Source: an uncultured Dehalococcoidales bacterium (lineage in GTDB: Bacteria; Chloroflexota; Dehalococcoidia; E44-bin15). From it: DNA of 42,894 bases. This document shows positions 28,142 through 35,817 of the stretch, in pieces (the stretch's first letter is position 1; each line of letters begins with the position of its first letter). The notes under the pieces were generated by a model. It had not been told where the DNA came from. It did no database searches and saw nothing but the letters and a program-made list of their open reading frames with translations. Both the position numbers and the translations under genes were made by a program. The stretch lies in contig CAZOVW010000003.1 of assembly GCA_964583545.1 (NCBI GenBank), positions 1 to 42,894 on the forward strand, read 5' to 3'.

Positions 28142-28226
28142 GATTTTAGGTGATTAGGTTAGCTATATCTCCCGATGGAGGCGGTCTAAAAATTGAGGCC
28201 CCAAAATTTTAGTGGATTAAAAAAGT

Positions 28227-28655
28227 ATGTTTCTCGGCGAGTACGAATATAAAATCGATCCCAAGGGCAGGGTAGCCATCCCTCCCAAATTCAGGGGAGA
28301 ATTTTGGGAGGGAATTGTGCTTGCCAGGGGTTTTGATCGCTGTATTAACGCCTACCCCCCGTCGATATGGAAGGAGATCAGCGAGAGTTTCAGCACTCTG
28401 CCCATCGCGCGGAGCAAAGAGCGGCGGATGAGGCGGGTTATCTTCGCCTCCGCCTTTAGCCTGGAGCTTGACGAGCAGGGAAGGGTTTTGCTGCCGCCAC
28501 CGCTGCGCCAGTACGCCGAGATCAAAGAAAATGTGGTCATCGCCGGGGCAAATAATTACCTCGAGATCTGGAGCAAGAAACTCTGGGATGAGGAGCAAGC
28601 CCTCATGGAAGAGCAAGCCTGGCAGATTGCTGAGGGGATGGAGACGCGCGAATGA
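28227..28655 (+). CDS. mraZ: Transcriptional regulator MraZ
   Basis: 142 aa. It begins MFLGEYEYKIDPKGRVAIP, and the second SpoVT-AbrB repeat reads LDEQGRVLLP. Confidence 0.92.
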   Translation: MFLGEYEYKIDPKGRVAIPPKFRGEFWEGIVLARGFDRCINAYPPSIWKEISESFSTLPIARSKERRMRRVIFASAFSLELDEQGRVLLPPPLRQYAEIKENVVIAGANNYLEIWSKKLWDEEQALMEEQAWQIAEGMETRE

Positions 28656-29557
28656 TGTCACATATCCCTGTTCTGCTAAATGAGGCCGTCGAGGCTCTTC
28701 AGGTTAAGCCTGATGGGCGGTATGTCGATTGTACCGTCGGTGAGGGAGGCCATGCCACCGCCATGCTAGAGCGCGGCGGACGTATTTTAGGCATCGATAT
28801 TGACTCCCAAGCCATCGAGCTAGCGCGAACGATGCTTCATCCCTATGGCCAAAAGGCTATCTTAATCAACGAAGATTTCGCAAATCTGGAGGAGATATGC
28901 TCCAGATCAGGCTTTTATCCCGCTACCGGTATCCTGTTTGATCTGGGTATGTCATCGCTTCAGCTCATCAACACGAGGCGTGGCTTCAGCTTTCAGCATG
29001 AAGCCCCTCTGAACATGCGCTTTAACCCCTCTCAGGAGCTTACCGCAGCGACCATCGTCAACACCTTCCCTGAGGAGGAGCTTGCCGCCATTATTAAAAG
29101 GTATGGCGAGGAGCGTAGAGGCAGCGAGATAGCAAGGTCTATTGTGGCAAATCGCCCCTTGAACACCACGCTTGAGCTTGCTGCCCTGGTGGCAAGGGTT
29201 GTTGGCATCCGGGGCAGGATTCACCCCGCTACGAAAACCTTTCAGGCGCTTCGCATCGCCGTGAACCGGGAATTGGAGCGCCTTAAGGCAGCACTGAAGC
29301 AGGCGGTCAACATCCTCGATGTAAGGGGTCGGCTGGTGGTTATTAGTTTTCATTCCCTGGAGGATCGCCTGGTCAAGGACTACTTCAGGAGGGAATCGCA
29401 GGATTGTCTTTGCCCTCCCCAGACACCGGTTTGTATCTGTGGTCATCATGCTACCCTTAAGCTAATCACAAGAAGGGTGATTACTCCCTCACGCGCTGAG
29501 GTTCTGGCAAATCCGCGCAGCCGCAGTGCCAAAATGAGGGTCGCTGAGCGTATTTAA
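28652..29557 (+). CDS. rsmH: 16S rRNA (cytosine1402-N4)-methyltransferase RsmH
   Basis: 301 aa with HIPVLL, DCTVGEGGH, FDLGMSS, ISFHSLEDR and NPRSRSAK. It overlaps mraZ by 4 nt. Confidence 0.92.
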   Translation: MMSHIPVLLNEAVEALQVKPDGRYVDCTVGEGGHATAMLERGGRILGIDIDSQAIELARTMLHPYGQKAILINEDFANLEEICSRSGFYPATGILFDLGMSSLQLINTRRGFSFQHEAPLNMRFNPSQELTAATIVNTFPEEELAAIIKRYGEERRGSEIARSIVANRPLNTTLELAALVARVVGIRGRIHPATKTFQALRIAVNRELERLKAALKQAVNILDVRGRLVVISFHSLEDRLVKDYFRRESQDCLCPPQTPVCICGHHATLKLITRRVITPSRAEVLANPRSRSAKMRVAERI

Positions 29558-29734
29558 TAGGTGTTTCTAAGGGGGACGGGGCAGTGTCCTGCCTAGTGGC
29601 GGGATTGTCGGACCAGCTTCACCGAGCCCAGGACTATGGGCAGTGACACTGCTTATCCAATAATAAGGGGGTGAGATGATGTAATGAGTCCGATTAAAAA
29701 AAGCTGCCAAAAATCACTTAAAAGGAGGAGGTAA

Positions 29735-30955
29735 ATGGCAAAGAGCGAAACAATTTCTTGCATCGATGTGGGCACGACCAAGGTCTGCAGCATCATGGCT
29801 AACCCAGGCCGTGGCGGTGAACTTCAGGTTCTCGGGGTTGGTGTTACCCAGAGCAGGGGCTTACACAAGGGTCTTGTGGTGAACATCGCTGAGGCCAGGG
29901 CGTCTATCCGTGCCTCAGTGCGTAGGGCAGAGCAGGCCAGTGGGCTCAAAATGGAATCGGCCTATGTGGGTGTCACGGGCAGGCATATCACCTCCCTCAA
30001 TAAACAAGGGGTAGTCTCTATCTCTCGTGGTGACCGACTAGTCCGTCCCGATGACCTAAAGCGCGTGCTCCAGTCTGCCCGCACCTTCACGGTCCCTACC
30101 GACCGGGAGTTGCTCCACGTGATCCCCAGGAGCTATGCCCTCGATGGTCAGGTGGGGGTGAAGAATCCAGTCGGTATGCATGGCTTCAGGCTGGATGTGG
30201 AAACCCATGTTGTCACCGCCGCCGTAACCTCTGTCCAGAACCTGGTCAAGTGCATCCGGCGCGCGAACATCGACATTGAAGACCTCGTTCTGGAACCGCT
30301 GGCCAGCGCCGAGGCGGTGCTCAGTCCCGACGAGCGGGACGCCGGGGTGGTCCTCGCCGATGTTGGCGGTGGTACTACAGACATCGCCATCTTTAAGGAT
30401 GGCAGCATATGGCATACCGCCATTCTCCCTGTAGCGGGCTATCAGATCACCAGGGACATCGCTATTGGGCTGGGGCTGCCCTTCGACGTGGCCGAGAAGA
30501 TGAAGCTGAAGTATGGCAGCGTGATGCCCATCTACGATGGCGCGGAGGAGAAAGCCACCTTGGGTATGGGGAATGGCTACAGCGTCTCCTATCAAGACCT
30601 CAACGAGATCGTCAGAGTTCGGGTGGAGGAAATTCTAAAGCTGATCGCTTTGGAGATGCCGGCAGAGTATGTCAAAGAAGTGCCCGCTGGGCTGGTGCTC
30701 ACCGGGGGCACCGCCAACCTGAAGGGAATAGAAACACTGGGGCAGGAGGTGCTGGGATTGCCGGTGCGTGTCGGAGTGCCCGCAGGCGTGTACGGGCTCG
30801 CTGACATCCTCCCCGACCCAGCCTACGCCACCGGTGTTGGCCTGTTGCTCTGGGGCTTAAGAAGGCACGAGGGCGAGCAAGGTTGGCAAGCTCGCGGACT
30901 TGGCAAAACCTTCAGGCGCTTCATCATCCGAATGAGGAAACTGGTTTCAAGTTAA
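29735..30955 (+). CDS. ftsA: Cell division protein FtsA
   Basis: 406 aa. It is actin-like, with CIDVGTTKV, DVGGGTTDIAIF and LTGGTANLKG. AGGAGGAGG lies upstream. Confidence 0.9.
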   Translation: MAKSETISCIDVGTTKVCSIMANPGRGGELQVLGVGVTQSRGLHKGLVVNIAEARASIRASVRRAEQASGLKMESAYVGVTGRHITSLNKQGVVSISRGDRLVRPDDLKRVLQSARTFTVPTDRELLHVIPRSYALDGQVGVKNPVGMHGFRLDVETHVVTAAVTSVQNLVKCIRRANIDIEDLVLEPLASAEAVLSPDERDAGVVLADVGGGTTDIAIFKDGSIWHTAILPVAGYQITRDIAIGLGLPFDVAEKMKLKYGSVMPIYDGAEEKATLGMGNGYSVSYQDLNEIVRVRVEEILKLIALEMPAEYVKEVPAGLVLTGGTANLKGIETLGQEVLGLPVRVGVPAGVYGLADILPDPAYATGVGLLLWGLRRHEGEQGWQARGLGKTFRRFIIRMRKLVSS

Positions 30956-30970
30956 AGAAAGGAGGAAAAC

Positions 30971-32095
30971 ATGGCAAAAACGGCCTTCGTTCCTAACCCA
31001 GCAAAGATTAAGGTCTTAGGCCTTGGCGGGGGTGGTTGCAATGCCGTCACCCACATGGTTCGGGCGGAGATTCGAGGCGTGGACTTTATCGGGGTCAACA
31101 CCGATGCCCAGGCCTTGCTCACTACCGAGGCACCTACCCGTATCCAGATCGGGGAGAAGTTGACTAGAGGGCTGGGTGTGGGTGGTGACCACATGATGGG
31201 GCTTAAGGCTGCGGAGCAGAGCCGTGATGAACTCCGCAATTGCATCGTCGAAGCTGACATGGTGTTCATCGCCGCTGGTATGGGTGGTGGCACCGGCACC
31301 GGCGCTGCCCCCATAGTGGCGGAGCTTGCCAAGGGAGCGGGAGCGCTCACCATTGCCGTGGTCACCAAACCCTTCGCCTTCGAGGGGGTGCATCGCTCAA
31401 CAGTGGCTGAGGAAGGTATCAAGAGCCTGCTCGAAAAGGTGGATACCCTGATCATTATCCCCAACGATCGCTTGCTTGACCTCTGCGATCAGCGGACTCC
31501 GGTGGAGAGTGCCTTTAAGATGGCCGATGATGTGCTGATGCATGCGGTTCAGGCCATTGCAGAGGTGATCACGGTTCCCGGGCTGATCAATCTGGACTTC
31601 GCCGATGTCAAGGCGGTGATGAAGGATGCTGGTCCTGCCTGGATGTCCGTTGGGCATGGTAGTGGTAGTAATCGCGCTGTCGATGCCGCTCAGCAAGCCC
31701 TGGCAAGCCCGCTATTGGATGTCTCCGTAGAGGGGGCGAGGGGGGTGCTCTTTAATGTCACCGGCAGCGAGAGCCTCACCCTCTTTGAGGTCAACGAGGC
31801 AGCCCAGGTCATCGGCAAGGCAGTAGACCCCGAGGCGAACATCATCTTCGGGGTGGTCTTTGATCCCATGATGGATACCGAGGTGAAGATCACCCTGATC
31901 GCCACCGGCTTCTACGCCATCAGGGGCAAAACGATACGCAAAGACGAGGAACTGCGCCGTCTTCTCCAGAGCACGGAGAGCGAGCATGAGCTAGATATTC
32001 CCACCTTCCTGCGCCGCCCGCTCGTGCGACGGCAGCTAGTGGAAACCCCTGAGCCTAAGCAACACAGCATGCGTTTCCGCACCCCTGCTCGCTAG
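30971..32095 (+). CDS. ftsZ: Cell division GTPase FtsZ
   Basis: 374 aa with GLGGGGCNAV, the tubulin signature GMGGGTGTGAAP, NLDFADV, and a C-terminal DIPTFLRR peptide. Confidence 0.95.
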   Translation: MAKTAFVPNPAKIKVLGLGGGGCNAVTHMVRAEIRGVDFIGVNTDAQALLTTEAPTRIQIGEKLTRGLGVGGDHMMGLKAAEQSRDELRNCIVEADMVFIAAGMGGGTGTGAAPIVAELAKGAGALTIAVVTKPFAFEGVHRSTVAEEGIKSLLEKVDTLIIIPNDRLLDLCDQRTPVESAFKMADDVLMHAVQAIAEVITVPGLINLDFADVKAVMKDAGPAWMSVGHGSGSNRAVDAAQQALASPLLDVSVEGARGVLFNVTGSESLTLFEVNEAAQVIGKAVDPEANIIFGVVFDPMMDTEVKITLIATGFYAIRGKTIRKDEELRRLLQSTESEHELDIPTFLRRPLVRRQLVETPEPKQHSMRFRTPAR

Positions 32096-32122
32096 GATTC
32101 CCGGGCGACCGGGACTATTGTA

Positions 32123-32160
32123 GGGCCGCCCCGATTATATCGGGACGGCCCTCTTGTCTC
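32123..32160 (+). terminator. Intrinsic terminator-like hairpin after ftsZ
   Basis: GGGCCGCCCCGA (32123-32134) pairs with TCGGGACGGCCC (32140-32151) with one mismatch, followed by TCTTGTCTCT. A smaller TCCCGG-GCGA-CCGGGA hairpin sits at 32099-32114. Confidence 0.55.
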
Positions 32161-32179
32161 TAATCAAGCGCCAAAAGTA

Positions 32180-32233
32180 TTGACAACAACTACATATTGT
32201 GGTATGCTGATCGGGCTATCCCATATAATGTGG
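32180..32233 (+). promoter_or_regulatory. nrdR promoter overlapped by two tandem NrdR boxes
   Basis: TTGACA (32180-32185), a 17-nt spacer, then TGgTATGCT as an extended -10 (32200-32208). Box 1 is CAACTACATATTGTGG (32187-32202). Box 2 is ATCCCATATAATGTGG (32218-32233). The two box starts are 31 bp apart. They match 12/16 and 11/16 of the acaCwAtATaTwGtgt consensus as I recall it. Confidence 0.6.
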
Positions 32234-32243
32234 TTTTTGTGCG

Positions 32244-32840
32244 ATGAGATGCCCTTATTGTGGCTATGAGGATTCTAAGGTCATTGACTCTCGCGATGTG
32301 AATGAGGGAGTCCGCCGCCGCCGCGAGTGTCTGGGGTGTGACGCTCGCTTTACCACCTATGAGCGAGTTCAGACAGTTGCCCTGCTGGTGATCAAAAAGG
32401 ATGGGCGGCGAGAGGAGTTCAGCCGTGAGAAGTTGATCGCCGGGATTAGAAAGGCCTGCGCCAAACGCCCCGTCTCTCAGGAGACTATTGAGCAAATGGT
32501 CGATGACATCGAGGATCGACTTCGTAAGTCGGGCAAGGGGGAGGTGGCCACCTCGATAATCGGTGATATGGTGATGGAGCGATTGCGCCAGCTCGATGGC
32601 ATTGCCTACATCCGCTTCGCCAGCGTCTATCGCGCCTTCGCTGATATCGAGGAGGTTAGGGAAGAGGCCGATGCTTATGCCAGGCTCAGGCCGCTTCGCG
32701 ATGACACCACCCAGCTCCTGCTCTTTTCGGACGGGGAGATTAATAGCGCGGCTCGTGGAGTTGCCAACAGAGCGGCAAGCAACCCTAGGAGAGACGAAAA
32801 TGAGCGAAAGAAGCAGGTCAGAACGTCTTCTGCGCAATAG
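32244..32840 (+). CDS. nrdR: Transcriptional repressor NrdR (zinc ribbon plus ATP-cone) with a C-terminal tail
   Basis: It begins MRCPYCGYEDSKVIDSR..RRRRECLGCDARFTTYE, and the ATP-cone reads VIKKDGRREEFSREKL. At 198 aa it is about 40 aa longer than usual. Confidence 0.9.
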   Translation: MRCPYCGYEDSKVIDSRDVNEGVRRRRECLGCDARFTTYERVQTVALLVIKKDGRREEFSREKLIAGIRKACAKRPVSQETIEQMVDDIEDRLRKSGKGEVATSIIGDMVMERLRQLDGIAYIRFASVYRAFADIEEVREEADAYARLRPLRDDTTQLLLFSDGEINSAARGVANRAASNPRRDENERKKQVRTSSAQ

Positions 32841-35301
32841 AATCGCTCGCGCTGTCTTCAGTGCCGCCGATTCTATCGGCATATCGGATAGGGAGCTGGT
32901 GGAGCAACTTACCGAGCAGGTGATTCAGCGTCTGGAGCAGACCTATCAGAGCTTCCCCGGGATGGAGCGCGCCATACCGGAGTCGCGGCTGAGGCCAGCA
33001 GAAATACAGGCTACGGTGAAGCAAATTCTGGCTGAAAAGGGTGAGGACAGGGTTGCCGTTAAGCCGCCCAAGCGTAAGGAGCGCCGTGACAAAATAGCGG
33101 CAAAGGAATCGAGGAAGGGTACCCTCTTCTCCGAAAACGCGATGAAGGTTCTGGAAAAGAGATACCTTAAGAAGGACAATGAGGGTCAGGTTGTCGAAAC
33201 ACCCGAGGAGATGTTTCGCCGCGTCGCCAAAAATATCGCCTCCGCCGAGTTCCTCTATGACACCAAAGCGGATGTAAAAGCAAGGGAGGAGGAGTTCTAT
33301 CGGGTGATGGCGAGTCTCGATTTCCTGCCCAACTCCCCAACCCTGATGAATGCCGGTCGGGAGCTTCAGCAGCTCTCCGCCTGCTTCGTCCTCCCCATAG
33401 AGGACTCCATGGAATCCATATTCAATGCTGTAAAGTACACTGCGCTCATTCACAAAAGCGGCGGGGGCACCGGCTTCTCCTTCTCCAGGCTGAGGCCAGA
33501 GGGGGATATGGTTGGCTCTACAGGGGGGGTGGCCAGCGGGCCTGTTTCCTTCATGAGGGCCTTTGATACCGCCACCGATGTGATCAAGCAGGGGGGGATG
33601 CGCCGTGGTGCCAACATGGCTATCCTGAACGTAGATCATCCAGATATCCTGAAATTCATCACCGCTAAGGAGAAGGGCGACAACTTCACCAACTTCAACC
33701 TCTCGGTAGCGGTAACCGATGAATTTATGAAGGCGGTGGAGGAGGGTGCTGATTATGACCTGATAAATCCCCGCAATGGGGCAGTCCACGGAAGACTCAA
33801 TGCACGAGAGGTTTTCGATAGGATTGTAAACCTAGCCTGGCGAACCGGCGATCCAGGGCTTGTCTTCCTCGATCGGATCAATAGGGATAACCCCACTAAG
33901 AAGCTGGGGGCTATCGAGAGCACCAATCCCTGCGGGGAGCAGCCCCTTCTCCCCTACGAGTCCTGCAATCTGGGATCGATCAACCTGTCAAGGATGGTGG
34001 TCGACGGGAAGATTGACGATGACAAGCTGGCTGAGACGGTAAAAATTGCCGTCAGGTTCCTGGACAATGTGATCGATAAAAACAACTTCCCCCTTCCTGA
34101 GATTGAGGAGATGACCAAAAAGACGAGGAAGATCGGGCTTGGGATAATGGGCTTCGCCGATATGTTGATTAAATTAGGCATTCCCTATGATTCAGAGGAG
34201 GCGCTGGGGGTCGCCACGGATATTATGCGCTTCATAAACGAAAAGGCCACCGATGCCTCGGTGGCACTGGCGGAGGAGAGGGGTGTCTTCCCCGCCTTTA
34301 AGGGCAGCGTTTACGATGCTCCCGGCGAGCCCAGAGTGAGAAACGCCACCAGGACAACCATCGCCCCCACAGGAACCCTGAGCATTATCGCCGGCTGCTC
34401 CAGCGGCATCGAGCCGCTATTTGCGCTGAGCTATGTGCGCAATATACTCGATGGCGACGGGCTGGTAGAGGTGAACCAGCTCTTTGAGGAGGTGGCGAAA
34501 AGGGAAGGGTTCTATTCAGAGGAGCTAATGAGGGAGCTTGCCAGCCACGGCAGTCTACGCGGGATGGATGGCATCCCCCAGTGGGTCGGGAGTCTGTTTG
34601 TCACCGCCCATGACATCACCCCCGAGTGGCATGTCAGGATGCAGGCCGCTTTCCAAAGGTCCACCCACAACGCCGTCTCCAAGACGGTCAACTTCCCCTA
34701 TAGTGCCACCATAGAGGATGTGGCCCGGGCGTACATGCTCGCCTATAAAGAGGACTGTAAAGGGATCACCATCTATCGGGATAGGAGCAAGGATAAGCAG
34801 GTCTTGAGCGTTGCAGGGGAGGAAAGGGTCGAGGCGCTTGTTCCCAGGAGGCGGACCAGGATTACCAGGGGGGTTACCGAGAGGGTCGCCACCGGATGCG
34901 GAAATATCTATGTAACGGTAAACTCTGATGAGCAGGGGGTCTGCGAGGTCTTCTCCAGCCTGGGAAAGGCGGGGGGTTGTGCCTCAGCGCAGCTTGAGGC
35001 CACCTGTAGGCTCATCTCACTGGCACTTCGGTCTGGGGTGGATGTCGCCTCGGTAGTGAAACATCTCCGGGGCATTCGCTGTCCCTCCATCGCTTGGGAG
35101 CAGGGCTATGCGGTGCTCTCCTGCCCAGATGCCATAGGGAGTGTGCTGGAGAGGCACATTAAGGGTGAGAGCATAAATAATCCCAGTCACTACGGTGCGA
35201 CGATGAATCTCGGGGGGCAGTGTCCTGAGTGCGGCGGTATGCTGGTCTATCAGGAGGGGTGTCACATCTGCCCCGCCTGCGGCTATACGAAGTGCAGTTA
35301 A
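32800..35301 (+). CDS. nrdJ: Class II (adenosylcobalamin-dependent) ribonucleotide reductase
   Basis: Motifs [38 protein letters not shown] and CNLGSINL are present, with a C-terminal zinc ribbon [15 protein letters not shown] chose ATG 32800 (AGGAGAG upstream). The track's 32596 start lies deep inside nrdR. Confidence 0.85.
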   Translation: MSERSRSERLLRNRIARAVFSAADSIGISDRELVEQLTEQVIQRLEQTYQSFPGMERAIPESRLRPAEIQATVKQILAEKGEDRVAVKPPKRKERRDKIAAKESRKGTLFSENAMKVLEKRYLKKDNEGQVVETPEEMFRRVAKNIASAEFLYDTKADVKAREEEFYRVMASLDFLPNSPTLMNAGRELQQLSACFVLPIEDSMESIFNAVKYTALIHKSGGGTGFSFSRLRPEGDMVGSTGGVASGPVSFMRAFDTATDVIKQGGMRRGANMAILNVDHPDILKFITAKEKGDNFTNFNLSVAVTDEFMKAVEEGADYDLINPRNGAVHGRLNAREVFDRIVNLAWRTGDPGLVFLDRINRDNPTKKLGAIESTNPCGEQPLLPYESCNLGSINLSRMVVDGKIDDDKLAETVKIAVRFLDNVIDKNNFPLPEIEEMTKKTRKIGLGIMGFADMLIKLGIPYDSEEALGVATDIMRFINEKATDASVALAEERGVFPAFKGSVYDAPGEPRVRNATRTTIAPTGTLSIIAGCSSGIEPLFALSYVRNILDGDGLVEVNQLFEEVAKREGFYSEELMRELASHGSLRGMDGIPQWVGSLFVTAHDITPEWHVRMQAAFQRSTHNAVSKTVNFPYSATIEDVARAYMLAYKEDCKGITIYRDRSKDKQVLSVAGEERVEALVPRRRTRITRGVTERVATGCGNIYVTVNSDEQGVCEVFSSLGKAGGCASAQLEATCRLISLALRSGVDVASVVKHLRGIRCPSIAWEQGYAVLSCPDAIGSVLERHIKGESINNPSHYGATMNLGGQCPECGGMLVYQEGCHICPACGYTKCS

Positions 35302-35315
35302 GACGAGGCTCGGCC

Positions 35316-35573
35316 ATGCCTAATCTTGATAGTTTCATAGTGATGGGCATAGGAGGTTTTTTCCTCCTCTTGAGCACTATCGCCTTTTTGTGGGCTAAGA
35401 GTGAGGAGCGAGGGCTTAATTATGGCCTCTCCCAGCGCCCTGACCTGAGGGAGTTCCTGACCCGTTGGCCGCCGCGTGTCGAACCTGGGGCACTCAGGGT
35501 GGGGGGGTGGATATTTATTGCCGTAGGATTAGTTTTAATAATCCTGGGCGGTGTATTCTTAGCCATTGATTGA
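35316..35573 (+). CDS. Small hypothetical two-TM membrane protein
   Basis: 85 aa from ATG 35316, with GAGG 8 nt upstream. It has two hydrophobic helices (FIVMGIGGFFLLLSTIAFLW and GGWIFIAVGLVLIILGGVFLAI). I recognise no family. Confidence 0.4.
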   Translation: MPNLDSFIVMGIGGFFLLLSTIAFLWAKSEERGLNYGLSQRPDLREFLTRWPPRVEPGALRVGGWIFIAVGLVLIILGGVFLAID

Positions 35574-35584
35574 GGAGGGCTGAT

Positions 35585-35809
35585 TTGGCAAAAAAATTGG
35601 AAAGCGAAACTACGGAAGAGGAGCTAAGCCTGGAGCAAATTAAGCGGCGTGTTGATACCCTGGACCAGCGCCTGGATAACATCGATACCATGCTCACGGC
35701 CCTCGCTGAGCGAGCGATGAAGCGACCCCTCAGTGTGACGATAACCTGCCCCGGCTGTGGACAGATCATCGAGATCGGCATGGTGGGCAGCGAGAAGATG
35801 ACGAGATAA
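35585..35809 (+). CDS. Small hypothetical coiled-coil protein with a single CPGC motif
   Basis: 74 aa from TTG 35585, preceded by GAGGAGGG. The track starts at 35570, which overlaps the upstream stop. It ends 8 nt before the radical SAM ORF. Confidence 0.35.
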   Translation: MAKKLESETTEEELSLEQIKRRVDTLDQRLDNIDTMLTALAERAMKRPLSVTITCPGCGQIIEIGMVGSEKMTR

Positions 35810-35817
35810 TCACAGGG

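Noticed and set aside
27977-28226. Possible replication origin at the minus-to-plus gene-orientation switch in an AT-rich spacer
   Set aside because: I found only one degenerate DnaA-box-like 9-mer (AGTGGATTA, 7/9). There is no dnaA or dnaN nearby. The AT-rich region is adequately explained by divergent promoters and the MraZ operator. A genome-wide GC-skew plot would be needed to revisit this.
32596-32799. Upstream 68 codons of the track's 901-aa NrdJ ORF
   Set aside because: It lies entirely inside nrdR in another frame and has low-complexity Pro/Ser/Arg composition. A good RBS plus ATG exists at 32800.
32841-33141. Cobalamin riboswitch ahead of the B12-dependent RNR core
   Set aside because: The region reads as a plausible helical protein in frame with nrdJ, and I saw no B12-box-like element. 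B12 riboswitches normally repress B12-independent RNRs, not class II enzymes.
32190-33789. Minus-strand ORFs 32190-32882 (230 aa) and 32818-33789 (323 aa)
   Set aside because: They are antisense to nrdR and nrdJ, which have unmistakable motifs. Long antisense ORFs are typical of GC-rich coding DNA.
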